Below are positions 1 through 12,143 of a stretch of 64,000 bases of DNA, piece after piece. The notes below the pieces were generated by a model. That model worked only from the letters and a program-made list of their open reading frames with translations. It did no database searches and was not told where the DNA came from. The stretch comes from Thermoanaerobaculia bacterium (GTDB lineage: Bacteria; Acidobacteriota; Thermoanaerobaculia; Gp7-AA8), in the NCBI GenBank assembly GCA_036398925.1, contig DASWOB010000095.1, positions 22,616 to 86,615 on the forward strand, in the 5' to 3' direction. The translations under genes and the position numbers were made by a program. Position 1 is the stretch's first letter. Each line of letters starts with the position of its first letter.

Positions 1-520
1 CCACCTGGCAGCGGAGGTTGCCCGGCTTCTGGCAGGCCTCCACCAGCTCGCGCCGCCGGCGGGCGATCAGGCGGGTGCGGTCCGCATCAGTGGTGTTCTT
101 CGGGAACGTGCCGAGGACCTGTTTGGTCACGTCCTCGATGGCGGTGGTGACGTAGACGCGCGCGTCGGGCGAGGCGGGGATCTCGTCCTTGATCGTCTTC
201 GCGAGGAAGCCGTTGGTGAGGACGTCATTCTGCGGCGTGGCGTTGTACTGCAGCGAGCCGGCCACGCAGTGATGGTTCGTGGCGATGAGCCCCTGCGGCG
301 AGACGAAGGTACCGCTGCATCCGGTGAGCTGGACGATGGCGCCCATCGGATAGCCGGTGAGGTCGGCGAACGAGTTCGCGTCGATCTTGAGGCCGAGGGC
401 CTCGAGCTCGCTCTTGAGCGCCGGGACCTGCTGCGGCATCCACATGCCGTCGTCAGCGACGGCCGGTACGGCGAGAGCCAGCGCGAAGAATGCGCCGGCG
501 AAGGTCTTCTTCAGGTTCAT
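1..520 (-). CDS. S46-family dipeptidyl-peptidase (DPP7/DPP11-like), N-terminal part; gene continues beyond window start
   Basis: Minus-strand translation from ATG at 520 gives MNLKKTFAGAFFALALAVPAVADDGMWMPQQ... The signal peptide followed by DGMWMP is the hallmark N-terminus of S46 peptidases. The frame stays open to position 1. It is absent from the ORF track because no stop lies in the window. Confidence 0.7.
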   Translation of the reverse strand, partial: MNLKKTFAGAFFALALAVPAVADDGMWMPQQVPALKSELEALGLKIDANSFADLTGYPMGAIVQLTGCSGTFVSPQGLIATNHHCVAGSLQYNATPQNDVLTNGFLAKTIKDEIPASPDARVYVTTAIEDVTKQVLGTFPKNTTDADRTRLIARRRRELVEACQKPGNLRCQV

Positions 521-580
521 GCGAGAGGTTCTCTCCTTCTGTGGCGCGCATGAAAACACGGAGAGAACGCGCTGTCATCC

Positions 581-2770
581 TCATTGGGATGAGTAGGAGA
601 GGGTGATGTTGCGCTGTAACGGAGCGTTGATGCGGCCGACGCGCTGGTAGATGTACGGCTCACCTCCGCGCTTCGCAATGAAGAGCTCGTACGCCCCCGG
701 CGCAAGAAACTCCGGCAGCACGACCGAGCCATCGAGCCCGCTGCCATGCAGTTGATACGCGTTCATCCCGTTGACCTCGGCCAGATCATCGAGCGCGCCG
801 ATCGGGATGAACCCGCCCCCCGCCGGTACGGCCATGACCATGTAGACCTTTTTCGGCGGAGCGTTGTCCGGCAGCAGCGTGGCCACTCCCGCGCTCGGCG
901 GATGCAGGATGATCGTATTGTCGACGTCGCTCTGCAGGGTAGTCATCCCGAGGGCGTGCCGCGCCGCGGCGACGTAGAACATCGTGCCGGGCTCGGGCGC
1001 GCTGTCGAACGAGAAACGGCCGTTCGCATCGGTCTGCGTGAAGAAGTGGCCCTGCATGGTGAGCTCATTTTGGTAACCGCCGGTTACGCGTGCGCCACGG
1101 AGCGGAACGCCGTGCGTGTTAACCACGCGGCCGCGAATGCCGCGGCTTTTCTCGAGCCGGATGACGTGCTCGGTGTTGTTTTCGCTGATGAGAATCTCGA
1201 GGTCGCGGGCGCGATAGCCTTTGGCCTGGATGTGGAGGTGGGCTTTACCGTCGGGGTAATCAGTGACAACAAGACGGCCGTCGGGGCTGCTTTCATCGCC
1301 GCCCACCTGCGCACGTTCGCCGGCGTATGCGAAGCGCCGCCAGATCATCGCCTTGACCGGTGTGCCGGTGGTTGCGTCGATGACGCGGAGCACGAAACCG
1401 CTACGGGGCAGCTCGAGATCGGCGCGGACGGAGTTGCGATTGGTGGTATCGACTTCCATGCGCGCATTACCGGACCTCAACCCCTCGCCGCCCGCGGGAA
1501 TCGTGTAGAGCTGCACGGGTCCCGACTGCCACACCAGAACGCGATACACCCCGGCATCATTCGTACGGGTCTCTGCCAGTTCGACGCTTCCGTCGCGCTC
1601 CTCGGTCGCCCGAACGATCGTGTTCGGCACCGGTTCGTCCCGCCGCGTCACACGCCCATAGATCTCCACTGACCGAGGCGCGACGTCGACGACGGTCAGC
1701 TCGTTGGCTACATCGACATCGCGATAGAGGATCAGGTTGCCGGTCGCACTCTCGATCGTGATCCGCTTCAGACCGTAGTCTCCGACGCGCAAACGCGTCT
1801 CGCCGTCCCGCAACTCGGTGACCGCCTTACGGGTGAAGCGATGCGAGCGCTCGTCCTCCCGAGTACTCCATCCGAGCTTCGCATCCCGAAAGATCTTTTC
1901 GTCGCGCGGCAGAACGGTGCGCACCAGGATCGTGGCCTCCGGCCGCAGACGCACATCGGGTAATGCGACCCGCTGCACTTCCTTCAATTGCGTCCGCACT
2001 GTCGCCGCTGTGGCGAAACCGCTTGCCACGATTCGCCAACGAATCGACATGGGCAACGGACCGACGGACGGGAACGTAATCACACCATTCCGATCGGTCG
2101 TGCCGCTCCAGCGACGTCCATACAATGTGCGGTTCAATTCGGCATTGAGGATGTCGCCCGGAGGATTCCACTCCACGCGCGCACCGGCAAGAGCGACATT
2201 GCGTTTCACGTCAATCACTCGTACGGAAACAGGTGCCGTCGGCTCACAGGCAAGCGCGCCGACGTCAGTCGGCTGCCCCGCCTTGATCACCATGCCGGAG
2301 CGAATGCGCGTAGCGCTGGTCGCTCCCAATGCGGCGCCCTGATAAAGACCCGCGGCAAGTCGCACCTCGAATGTGCCGGTCGCATCTACGGCAAACGGGC
2401 GTTCCTCCGGTTGTGACGCGCCGGCGCGTTGCAGCAGCCAGGCGAACGATTCACGGGCCGGCGGCTTCGCGCGCTGCAATGTGCCACGCAGAATGCCCAA
2501 CTCGCGCAGGGTCAACGGCCGCTTTGCCTCGAGGTCTGCTTGCGTGAACGCCGTCGGCTCGAAGCGCGACATCCCGACGCTCCATGGCAGTGGCAGGTCG
2601 TCAGGCGCGATGAACTTGCCGCCACTGATAGCAACCGACCGCACGTCGTCGCCCGATCGCAACGTGATGGCGAGCAGCGATTGAGGCGGCTCGACACGAA
2701 CCGCAACGGTCGCGGCCCGCGTTGAGACGGTGATGAGCAGAGCCGCGAACAGCAACGTTGCGCGGCGCAT
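581..2770 (-). CDS. large secreted multi-domain protein with repeated carboxypeptidase-regulatory-like (CarboxypepD_reg/prealbumin-like) beta-sandwich domains
   Basis: 729 aa ORF. N-terminal signal peptide MRRATLLFAALLITVSTRAATVAV. Repeated motifs such as IRGRVVNTHGVPLRGARVTG and GSVELAETRTNDAGVYRV are typical of CarboxypepD_reg domains. The start overlaps or abuts the stop of the upstream small Cys-rich gene. Confidence 0.75.
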   Translation of the reverse strand: MRRATLLFAALLITVSTRAATVAVRVEPPQSLLAITLRSGDDVRSVAISGGKFIAPDDLPLPWSVGMSRFEPTAFTQADLEAKRPLTLRELGILRGTLQRAKPPARESFAWLLQRAGASQPEERPFAVDATGTFEVRLAAGLYQGAALGATSATRIRSGMVIKAGQPTDVGALACEPTAPVSVRVIDVKRNVALAGARVEWNPPGDILNAELNRTLYGRRWSGTTDRNGVITFPSVGPLPMSIRWRIVASGFATAATVRTQLKEVQRVALPDVRLRPEATILVRTVLPRDEKIFRDAKLGWSTREDERSHRFTRKAVTELRDGETRLRVGDYGLKRITIESATGNLILYRDVDVANELTVVDVAPRSVEIYGRVTRRDEPVPNTIVRATEERDGSVELAETRTNDAGVYRVLVWQSGPVQLYTIPAGGEGLRSGNARMEVDTTNRNSVRADLELPRSGFVLRVIDATTGTPVKAMIWRRFAYAGERAQVGGDESSPDGRLVVTDYPDGKAHLHIQAKGYRARDLEILISENNTEHVIRLEKSRGIRGRVVNTHGVPLRGARVTGGYQNELTMQGHFFTQTDANGRFSFDSAPEPGTMFYVAAARHALGMTTLQSDVDNTIILHPPSAGVATLLPDNAPPKKVYMVMAVPAGGGFIPIGALDDLAEVNGMNAYQLHGSGLDGSVVLPEFLAPGAYELFIAKRGGEPYIYQRVGRINAPLQRNITLSYSSQ

Positions 2771-2772
2771 GA

Positions 2773-3060
2773 CTAGATCAGGCAGTTGCCGTAGATGTCG
2801 GTGTAGCCGCAGCTATCGCCGTCATCCCTTTCGCCGCGCCAATGGCATTCACCCCCGACCTCGCACGTCGTTCTTCCGGTAAACGTATCGACGACGATTC
2901 CGTCCTTGCACCAGTAGTCGCCGGCAGGGGCACCGTAACGACAAAAACCAAATCCGTTCGGCGACTTGGCGCAGTACGGACAGGCATCGACGACGGACGG
3001 TACTGCAACAGTGAGAACGAAAATCACCAGGGTCAGGAACAACCGGCACATTCTCGACAT
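2773..3060 (-). CDS. small secreted cysteine-rich protein (95 aa; signal peptide then CPYC..., 8 Cys)
   Basis: Signal peptide MSRMCRLFLTLVIFVLTVAVPSVVDA followed by mature CPYCAKSPNGFGFCRYG...NCLI. A GAGGAG Shine-Dalgarno lies 6 nt upstream of the ATG. It is directly upstream of, and co-oriented with, the large CarboxypepD_reg protein. Confidence 0.65.
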   Translation of the reverse strand: MSRMCRLFLTLVIFVLTVAVPSVVDACPYCAKSPNGFGFCRYGAPAGDYWCKDGIVVDTFTGRTTCEVGGECHWRGERDDGDSCGYTDIYGNCLI

Positions 3061-3198
3061 GACGTCTCCTCTGGTCCTGAGGAGCGCTCAGTGAAGCACG
3101 GTTATGCCGCGCACGTCAATACATCCATCTTTAAATAGACTCTGAAACGTTCCTTCCTCCAACGTCACTACTCCTTCGCAGACGAAAGGAGAAGAGCA

Positions 3199-3522
3199 AT
3201 GTCGAACACGTTCTACGCAATTGTCTTCCTGGCCGGATTCGTTGACATCTGTCCCCCGAACTGGCCGTTCCCCCGGCGCTGGCCCATCCCGCCGCCGCCT
3301 CCGCCGTGGAGATTCCTCACTGACATTCTTGGCGGTGTTGCCGGCGTTGCCGGCGGGGTGGTCACGCAACGGCTGGCGGGCGGGGGAAACTCGGGGGTGC
3401 TGCTGACCGCCGTGGCGGTGGCAGTCCTGTCAGGCGCCGCGGTCCGGCAGGTCGCGGGCTATTTCGGCAAGCCGACGCCGCAGCCGGCGATCGAGACGCT
3501 GAAGGCGCCGAGCCTGGCGTAG
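3199..3522 (+). CDS. small proline-rich / Gly-Ala-rich hydrophobic protein (107 aa), hypothetical
   Basis: Strong SD (AAAGGAGAAG) 8-10 nt upstream of the ATG at 3199. N-terminal hydrophobic segment, PPPPPPW run, then a GVAGVAGG and AVAVAVLSGAAV hydrophobic region. No recognisable family. Confidence 0.45.
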   Translation: MSNTFYAIVFLAGFVDICPPNWPFPRRWPIPPPPPPWRFLTDILGGVAGVAGGVVTQRLAGGGNSGVLLTAVAVAVLSGAAVRQVAGYFGKPTPQPAIETLKAPSLA

Positions 3523-3528
3523 TGCAGA

Positions 3529-3567
3529 GAATGAGAGTGGGCAGCGCGGTGCCGCCCACTCTCATTG
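3529..3567. terminator. putative bidirectional stem-loop between convergent genes (small Pro-rich gene and rho)
   Basis: Inverted repeat aatgagagtgggc-(11 nt loop)-gcccactctcatt gives a 12-13 bp stem. There is no clear U-tract, which is common in high-GC genomes. Confidence 0.35.
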
Positions 3568-3572
3568 CGCGA

Positions 3573-5177
3573 TTACATCGAAGACATGGCGTTGAGGAAC
3601 TCGCCGTTGGAGCGGGTCTTGTCGAGTTTCTCCACCAGCAGTTCCATCGATTCGACGGTCGACAGCGGGGAAAAGACTTTGCGCAGGACCCAGATGCGAT
3701 TGAGCTCGTTCTTCTCCAGCAGCAGTTCTTCTTTACGCGTGCCGGAGCGATTGATGTCGATGGCCGGGAAGACGCGCTTGTCGGAGAGCTTGCGGTCGAG
3801 GTGCACTTCCATGTTGCCGGTGCCCTTGAACTCCTCGAAGATGACGTCGTCCATGCGCGAGCCGGTATCGATGAGGGCCGTGGCGATGATGGTCAGCGAG
3901 CCGCCCTCTTCCACATTACGCGCGGAGCCGAAGAAGCGCTTCGGACGCTGCAGCGCGTTGGAGTCGACACCGCCCGACAGGACCTTGCCCGACGGCGGAA
4001 CGACGGTGTTGTAGGCGCGCGCCAGGCGGGTGATCGAGTCGAGCAGGATCACCACGTCGCGCTTGTGCTCGACGAGGCGCTTGGCCTTCTCGATGACCAT
4101 TTCGGCGACCTGCACGTGGCGCGAGGCCGGCTCGTCGAACGTCGAGGAGATGACCTCTCCCTTGACGCTGCGCTGCATGTCGGTGACTTCTTCCGGGCGC
4201 TCGTCGATCAGCAGGACGATGAGCGTGATCTCCGGATGATTGGTGGTGATCGAGTTGGCGATCGACTGGAGGAGCATCGTCTTGCCGGTACGCGGCGGCG
4301 CGACGATCAGACCGCGCTGCCCCTTGCCGACCGGCGCGATGAGGTCGAGCACACGCGACGACATGTACTGCGGTACCTCGAGGCGGATGCGCCCCTGCGG
4401 ATAGAGCGGGGTGAGGTTGTCGAAGAGGATCTTGTCGCGTGCGACGTCGGGATGCTCGAAGTTCACTGCCTCGACCTTGATCAGGGCGAAGTAGCGCTCC
4501 CCTTCCTTCGGCGGACGCACCTGGCCGGAGACCGTGTCGCCGGTGCGGAGGTCGAAACGGCGGATCTGCGACGGCGAGACGTAAATGTCGTCCGGGCCCG
4601 GCAGGTAGTTGTACTCCGGCGCACGCAGGAATCCGAACCCGTCCGGCAGGCACTCCAGCACACCCTCGGAGAAGATCAGGCCCGACTTCTCGGTCTGCAC
4701 CTGCAGGATGCCGAAGATCAGGTCCTGCTTGCGCATGCCGGAGGCGTTCTCGACGCCGAGCTCTTTGGCGAGCTTCGACAGATCCGGCAGCTTGATCTCT
4801 TTCAGCATGCGGATGTCGAGGGTCTCGGAGGCGGGCTGCTGCTGCGCGGGCGCGGCGGCGGCTTTCGCCTTGCCGTTGCCGTTGCCACCGTGCTCTTTTT
4901 CGGGAGCGGCTTCGCTGGCGGGCTCCGGCTGGGGAGCGCTCTTGGCGGCTTTCGGCTCGGCTGCCGGTTTCGCCTCAGCCACCGGCTTCGCCTCGATCAC
5001 CGGCTCGTCGGCGACGGCCGGCGCGGGCTCTTCCGCTGCGGGTGCCGGACCTTCTTCGACGGGAGCCGCGGCAGCCGCTTTCTTCCGTGGCGCGCGTTTC
5101 GGCTTCTCCGGCTTTTCGGCCGGAGCGTCCGGCTCCAGTACCGCGGTGGCTTCGTTGTCCTGTTCGTGTTGTGCCAT
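3573..5177 (-). CDS. rho: transcription termination factor Rho, with ~110 aa low-complexity A/P/E/K-rich N-terminal extension
   Basis: Start chosen at MAQHEQDNE (ATG at 5177), the first ATG after the engB stop. Conserved Rho core motifs are present: ...LPDGFGFLR..., [31 protein letters not shown] (P-loop), [22 protein letters not shown]. The ORF-track 641 aa frame over-extends into engB. Confidence 0.93.
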   Translation of the reverse strand: MAQHEQDNEATAVLEPDAPAEKPEKPKRAPRKKAAAAAPVEEGPAPAAEEPAPAVADEPVIEAKPVAEAKPAAEPKAAKSAPQPEPASEAAPEKEHGGNGNGKAKAAAAPAQQQPASETLDIRMLKEIKLPDLSKLAKELGVENASGMRKQDLIFGILQVQTEKSGLIFSEGVLECLPDGFGFLRAPEYNYLPGPDDIYVSPSQIRRFDLRTGDTVSGQVRPPKEGERYFALIKVEAVNFEHPDVARDKILFDNLTPLYPQGRIRLEVPQYMSSRVLDLIAPVGKGQRGLIVAPPRTGKTMLLQSIANSITTNHPEITLIVLLIDERPEEVTDMQRSVKGEVISSTFDEPASRHVQVAEMVIEKAKRLVEHKRDVVILLDSITRLARAYNTVVPPSGKVLSGGVDSNALQRPKRFFGSARNVEEGGSLTIIATALIDTGSRMDDVIFEEFKGTGNMEVHLDRKLSDKRVFPAIDINRSGTRKEELLLEKNELNRIWVLRKVFSPLSTVESMELLVEKLDKTRSNGEFLNAMSSM

Positions 5178-5191
5178 GTGGCTTCCTCGCT

Positions 5192-5770
5192 TCACAGTCG
5201 CGCGTAGATCTCGCGGCGAATGTCGTCGATTCCTTTTTTCGTTACCGCCGATGCCGGGATCAGCTCCGCGGGGTCGACGTTCAAATCGGTGGCAATGGCC
5301 CGCCGGCTGACGGTGAGCTGATTGTTGGAGAGTTTGTCGCTCTTGGTGAGGACGACCTTCTCGCCGATGGTCAGCGAGCGTGCCCATTCGTGCATCTGCT
5401 GATCGTGCTCGCCCGGGGTGCGGCGGGCGTCGAGGAGAAGAAAGATCAGGCGGAGCTCCGCGGAGTTTTCGAGGTAGCCGCGCACCAGCGTCCCCCACTC
5501 CTTCATCATGGTTTTGGCCACTTTTGCGTATCCGTAGCCGGGGAGATCGACGAGGTAGAACTTTTCGTTGATCAGATAGAACTGCACCGCCTGCGTCTTG
5601 CCCGGTGTCTGTGAGACGCGCGCGACGCCTTTGCGTTTCAGCACGGCGTTGATCAGCGACGATTTGCCGACATTGGAGCGCCCGACCATCGCGAACTGAG
5701 GCCGGCCGTCACGCGGGAAATCGTCAGGCTGGTACGCCGCCCGAGAGAATTCGACTGTACGGATATCCAA
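5192..5770 (-). CDS. engB: ribosome biogenesis GTP-binding protein EngB/YsxC (YihA)
   Basis: [14 protein letters not shown] (G1), [10 protein letters not shown] (G3) and TKSDKL (G4) motifs. 192 aa, typical length. Confidence 0.9.
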   Translation of the reverse strand: MDIRTVEFSRAAYQPDDFPRDGRPQFAMVGRSNVGKSSLINAVLKRKGVARVSQTPGKTQAVQFYLINEKFYLVDLPGYGYAKVAKTMMKEWGTLVRGYLENSAELRLIFLLLDARRTPGEHDQQMHEWARSLTIGEKVVLTKSDKLSNNQLTVSRRAIATDLNVDPAELIPASAVTKKGIDDIRREIYARL

Positions 5771-6010
5771 GAGAGATTTGAAGCTGGCTTTGCTGTAACG
5801 AACCGGAGTTCCGGGAATCCGGAAGTACGGCAGCGCCTGAATTGTATGCGGTTACGCGAGGCCTGGAGTGTGAGCGACCAGAGGTACGGCTTGAGCGGCT
5901 TGTTCGAAGTTAACGCGGGAGATTCTGGAGATATTCGAGCGGGGTGTCAATGAACGATGCGGTGACGCCCGGTCAGGGTGCGTCACCGCATGCAGGGAAT
6001 GTCAACGGAA

Positions 6011-8416
<2,406 letters not shown>

Positions 8417-8473
8417 TTCGCTCTCTTATACGCTGATTCGGCGGGAAAAACTTCCAGCGGCCTTTCCCCAAAG

Positions 8474-8502
8474 AAAACGGGCCGCTTTCGCGGCCCGTTT
8501 TT
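8474..8502. terminator. intrinsic (Rho-independent) terminator, bidirectional, downstream of clpX
   Basis: aaaa-cgggccgc-tttc-gcggcccg-ttttt. Perfect 8-bp GC stem with a 4-nt loop, flanked by an A-run and a T-run, so it is functional on either strand. It lies between the clpX stop (8523) and the lon start (8416). Confidence 0.75.
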
Positions 8503-8522
8503 CTACATATTGCGGATTCGGT

Positions 8523-9773
8523 TCATCCGGCTTTCTTGTACAGGGTGACCGGCTGCGCCCGGTTGTCGACGACCTCTCGAGTGATGACACACTCGCTGAT
8601 CGTGTGCTCGGACGGAATGGTGTACATGATCTCGAGCATCAGCTCTTCGATGATGATCTTGAGACCACGCGCGCCGACGTTGCGCTTGAGCGCTTCCTCG
8701 GCGATCGCTTCGAGCGCGTCGTCGGTGAAGCGGAGCTCGACGTTCTCGAAGCCCATGATCGTCTGGTACTGACGGACGAGCGAGTTCTTCGGCTCGCGAA
8801 GGATCTCGATCAGCGCGGCACGATCGAGCTCGCTGAGCGTGGCGACCACAGGCAGACGGCCGACGAACTCCGGGATGAGTCCGAACTTGATCAGGTCTTC
8901 CGGGTGGGCCTGCGCGAGCAACTCGCCCGTCTTCTTCTCTTTCTTCGTCGCGATCTTCGCGCCGAATCCCATCGAGGTCTGCGACAGACGACGCTCGACG
9001 ACCGTGTCGAGGCCGACGAAGGCGCCACCGCAGATGAAGAGGATGTTGGTCGTGTCGATCTGGATGAACTCCTGATGCGGATGCTTGCGTCCGCCCTGCG
9101 GTGGAACGTTCGCGACCGTGCCTTCCAGGATCTTGAGAAGAGCCTGCTGGACGCCCTCGCCGCTCACGTCGCGGGTGATGGAGGGGTTGTCGCCCTTGCG
9201 GCAGATCTTGTCGACCTCGTCGATGTAGACGATGCCGCGCTGGGTCTTCTCTTTGTCGTTCCCGGCGGCCTGGTAGAGTTTCAGGATGATGTTCTCGACG
9301 TCCTCACCGACGTAGCCCGCTTCGGTGAGCGTGGTGGCGTCGACGATGGTGAACGGAACCGAGAGCATGCGGGCCAGCGTCTGCGCGAGCAGCGTCTTGC
9401 CGGTGCCGGTCGGTCCGATCAGGAGGATGTTCGATTTCTGCAGCTCGACATCCTGCCGCGCGTTGCGGGAGTGGTAGTCGATCCGCTTGTAGTGGTTGTA
9501 GACGGCAACGGCGAGCTTCTTCTTGGCGCGTTCCTGTCCGATGACGTAGAGGTCGAGGAACTCCTTGATCTCTTTCGGCTTCGGAAGGTGACCCGACCCC
9601 TCCAGCGCGCCCGGCTCATCCTTCCGGTCCTCCGCGATGATGTCGAGACAGATGTCCACGCATTCATCGCAGATGTAGACCGTCGGGCCGGCGATCAGCT
9701 TCTTCACATCGCGCTGTGACTTGTTGCAGAAGCTGCAACGAAGGACGTCGCCGCTGTTCCCCTTCTTCGACAT
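8523..9773 (-). CDS. clpX: ATP-dependent Clp protease ATP-binding subunit ClpX
   Basis: N-terminal zinc-binding [11 protein letters not shown]...CDEC. Walker [16 protein letters not shown]. 416 aa. Immediately downstream of clpP. Confidence 0.95.
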   Translation of the reverse strand: MSKKGNSGDVLRCSFCNKSQRDVKKLIAGPTVYICDECVDICLDIIAEDRKDEPGALEGSGHLPKPKEIKEFLDLYVIGQERAKKKLAVAVYNHYKRIDYHSRNARQDVELQKSNILLIGPTGTGKTLLAQTLARMLSVPFTIVDATTLTEAGYVGEDVENIILKLYQAAGNDKEKTQRGIVYIDEVDKICRKGDNPSITRDVSGEGVQQALLKILEGTVANVPPQGGRKHPHQEFIQIDTTNILFICGGAFVGLDTVVERRLSQTSMGFGAKIATKKEKKTGELLAQAHPEDLIKFGLIPEFVGRLPVVATLSELDRAALIEILREPKNSLVRQYQTIMGFENVELRFTDDALEAIAEEALKRNVGARGLKIIIEELMLEIMYTIPSEHTISECVITREVVDNRAQPVTLYKKAG

Positions 9774-9923
9774 GTCCGATTGGGTCCTTTAAATGTGGTC
9801 GCCCATGATTGAACTCCTGAGCGCCGCCCAAGTCAACTAACGGTGGGTAGACCGCATTCCATGCCAAAAGACGGACGGCAGCCGGCGGTCGCCCGCCAGC
9901 CGCCGTCTTCTGTCGGTGATGTA

Positions 9924-10511
9924 CTAGTCGCGCTTGGAGATGACCTGATCGACCAGCCCGTATTCGAGCGCCTGCGGCGCCTGCAGGATGTAGTCGCGGT
10001 CGGTGTCTTTGTCGATCTTTTCGATCGGCTGGCCGGTGTGGTTGGCCAGGATGTTGTTGAGCCGCGCCTTCATCTGCATGATGTCTTTGGCGTGGATGTC
10101 GATCTCGCTGGCCTGCCCGCCGAGACCGTGCATGAGCGGCTGGTGGATCAGGACGCGCGAGTTCGGGAGGCAGTAGCGCTTCCCTTTCGCTCCGGCGGCG
10201 AGCAGCACCGCGGCCATCGAGGCCGCCTGGCCGATGCAGATCGTGGCGATGTCGGGCTTCACGTACTGCATGGTGTCGTAGATGGCGAGGCCGGCCGTGA
10301 TCGAGCCGCCCGGCGAGTTGATGTACACGGAAATGTCCTTCTCGGGGTTTTCGGCCTCGAGGAAGAGTAGCTGGGCGATGAGCAGGTTCGAGACGTTGTC
10401 GTCGATCGGCTGGCCGAGAAAGATGACATTGTCTTTGAGCAGCCGCGAGTAGATGTCGTAGGCGCGCTCGCCTCGCGACGTCTGCTCGACGACCATCGGG
10501 ATGAGTACCAT
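9924..10511 (-). CDS. clpP: ATP-dependent Clp protease proteolytic subunit ClpP
   Basis: [21 protein letters not shown], ...GQAASMAA..., catalytic-triad context. 195 aa. Confidence 0.95.
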   Translation of the reverse strand: MVLIPMVVEQTSRGERAYDIYSRLLKDNVIFLGQPIDDNVSNLLIAQLLFLEAENPEKDISVYINSPGGSITAGLAIYDTMQYVKPDIATICIGQAASMAAVLLAAGAKGKRYCLPNSRVLIHQPLMHGLGGQASEIDIHAKDIMQMKARLNNILANHTGQPIEKIDKDTDRDYILQAPQALEYGLVDQVISKRD

Positions 10512-10540
10512 CGGTTTGCGGTCTCCTTTACGGGCGCAGT

Positions 10541-11815
10541 CTATCCCCGCCGCCGCGATTCGCGCAGCACCAGCTCGATGGCCCGGTCCTGCGCGAGCGA
10601 GGAGCGCAGCGCCTCGTAACCGCCGTCATGCCGGAGGTGATGCTTCACGTCGGCAAAGTCGCGCCCCTGCTCGCTGGCGGCCTTGCGGATCTCGGCGTCG
10701 ACCTCGACGTCGCTGATCTGGATGTTCTCCGCCTTGGCGATCGCCTCGAGAATCAGCGAGCGCTTGACCCGCTTGATCGCCTCAGGGCGGAACTCTTCGC
10801 CGACCTTGCGCCAGTCGATCTCCGCTTTCTGGATGTCGACGCCCTGGCCGGCCAGGTAGCGCGCGTAGTTGTTGAGCGACTTCCCCAGCTCGTCTTCGAC
10901 CAGCGTCTCCGGCACCTCGAATTCGTGCGCGGCGAGCAGCTGATCGCCGAGCTGCGCGCGCTTGAGGCGCATCGCTTCGGCTTCCCGGTGCCTCCGGATG
11001 TCGGCGGCGATCGTCTCGCGCATCTTCTCGACCGAGTCCCAGCCGCCGACGCTGTTCGCGAACGCGTCATCGACTTCCGGCTTCTCCTGCACGCGGATCT
11101 CTTTGAGGGTCACGTCGTGGTGGATGGTCTTGCCGCGCCACGCTTCCTGCTGCGCGTCGTCGCCGTAGTCCTTGTCGAACGACACTGACTCGCCGGCTTT
11201 CCTGCCGGCCAGCGCGTCGTGCAGTTCCATGAGCGGCGTCTCTTCGCCCATCTTGAAATGGCCGGAGTCGGTCTTGACCTCGCCGTCGGGCGTGGTGGAG
11301 GTGATGTCGATGATCGCGAAATCGCCTTCCTCGAGACCGCGCTCCGTCTCGAGGCGGTAGTGGCTGGCCTGATCGCGGAGGCGCTCGATCATCGCGTCGA
11401 TGTCGGTGTCGCTCACTTCGATCGTCGGCTCGTCGATCTCGAGCCCCTTGTAGTCGCGCAGCTCGATGACCGGCTTGATCTCGAAAAGGGCCTTGTACTT
11501 GATCGGCGCCCCCTCGATGAACGGATCGAGGTGGTCGAGGTGCGGATCGCCGATCGGCTCCAGCCCCTTCTCGCGCATCACCTGGCGGAAGCTCTCGGCC
11601 AGCACGCGCTGCACGACCTCATCCTGGATCTCTTTGGCGAAACGGTTGCGGATCACGCTCGACGGCACCTTGCCGGGACGAAAGCCCGGCACGTTCGCCT
11701 GGCGGGCGAACTCGCTGGTGACGCGGCGCGACTCGCTGGAGATCAGGTCCGCCGGGATCTCGACTTCGACGGACTTCTGGATGGACGAAATGTCTTCGAA
11801 ATTAATGACGGTCAT
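10541..11815 (-). CDS. tig: trigger factor (ribosome-associated peptidyl-prolyl isomerase chaperone)
   Basis: Start taken at [11 protein letters not shown] (ATG 11815). The longer track ORF would run into the tRNA-Leu gene. FKBP-type PPIase region and the conserved tig-clpP-clpX-lon synteny support the call. Confidence 0.9.
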   Translation of the reverse strand: MTVINFEDISSIQKSVEVEIPADLISSESRRVTSEFARQANVPGFRPGKVPSSVIRNRFAKEIQDEVVQRVLAESFRQVMREKGLEPIGDPHLDHLDPFIEGAPIKYKALFEIKPVIELRDYKGLEIDEPTIEVSDTDIDAMIERLRDQASHYRLETERGLEEGDFAIIDITSTTPDGEVKTDSGHFKMGEETPLMELHDALAGRKAGESVSFDKDYGDDAQQEAWRGKTIHHDVTLKEIRVQEKPEVDDAFANSVGGWDSVEKMRETIAADIRRHREAEAMRLKRAQLGDQLLAAHEFEVPETLVEDELGKSLNNYARYLAGQGVDIQKAEIDWRKVGEEFRPEAIKRVKRSLILEAIAKAENIQISDVEVDAEIRKAASEQGRDFADVKHHLRHDGGYEALRSSLAQDRAIELVLRESRRRG

Positions 11816-11856
11816 ATTGTTAATACTTTTCAGCAATGATTTCTGTTGTGAGGATT

Positions 11857-11942
11857 TGGTGCGAAAGGCGGGACTCGAACCCGCACGGCTTTGGGCCACT
11901 GGATCCTAAGTCCAGCGCGTCTGCCAGTTCCGCCACTTTCGC
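11857..11942 (-). tRNA. tRNA-Leu (anticodon TAG), 86 nt incl. CCA, long variable arm
   Basis: Reverse complement folds as acceptor GCGAAAG/CTTTCGC, anticodon stem-loop CTGGA-CTTAGGA-TCCAG (anticodon TAG), long variable arm, T-arm GCGGG-TTCGAGT-CCCGC, 3' ACCA. Confidence 0.85.
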
Positions 11943-12011
11943 GTGGAGGCGAAGTCTATCCCTGAATACGAAAAAAGAGGACCGAGGGTCCTCTTTGGAT
12001 TGGCTTCGTCT

Positions 12012-12087
12012 TGGTGCCCCCACCAGGACTCGAACCTGGAACCAACGGATTAAGAGTCCGCTGCTCTACCAATTGAGCTATGGAGGC
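12012..12087 (-). tRNA. tRNA-Lys (anticodon CTT), 76 nt incl. CCA
   Basis: Reverse complement gcctccaTAgctcaattggtagagcAgcggaCTCTTAAtccgttggttccaggttcgagtcctggtgggggcAcca. The acceptor stem pairs with one G-U. The anticodon loop CTCTTAA gives anticodon CTT. Confidence 0.8.
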
Positions 12088-12143
12088 GCTCGGGGACCGC
12101 TACAACAAGCGGAGGCGGAAAGTATTTCGGTTTGGTGCCGGTG

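Noticed and set aside
3522-5207. 561-aa plus-strand ORF antisense to rho, and similar long antisense ORFs (5978-7273, 7442-8548, 8253-9719, 27960-30704, 31731-33356, 33737-35170, 37872-40151, 42479-44461, 62280-63986)
   Set aside because: These are typical stop-codon-poor shadow frames of a ~68% GC genome lying opposite well-supported conserved genes (rho, lon, clpX, secA, the S9 peptidase and others). Their translations are Arg/Ala/Gly-rich low-complexity sequences without domains.
5956-5985. Hairpin ggtgacgc-N11-gcgtcacc downstream of lon
   Set aside because: It has a short stem and no U-tract. It could be a weak terminator but is not convincing enough to call.
9830-9905. Imperfect GC-rich palindrome between clpP and clpX
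   Set aside because: The stem is interrupted by mismatches. Possibly an attenuator, but the evidence is too weak.
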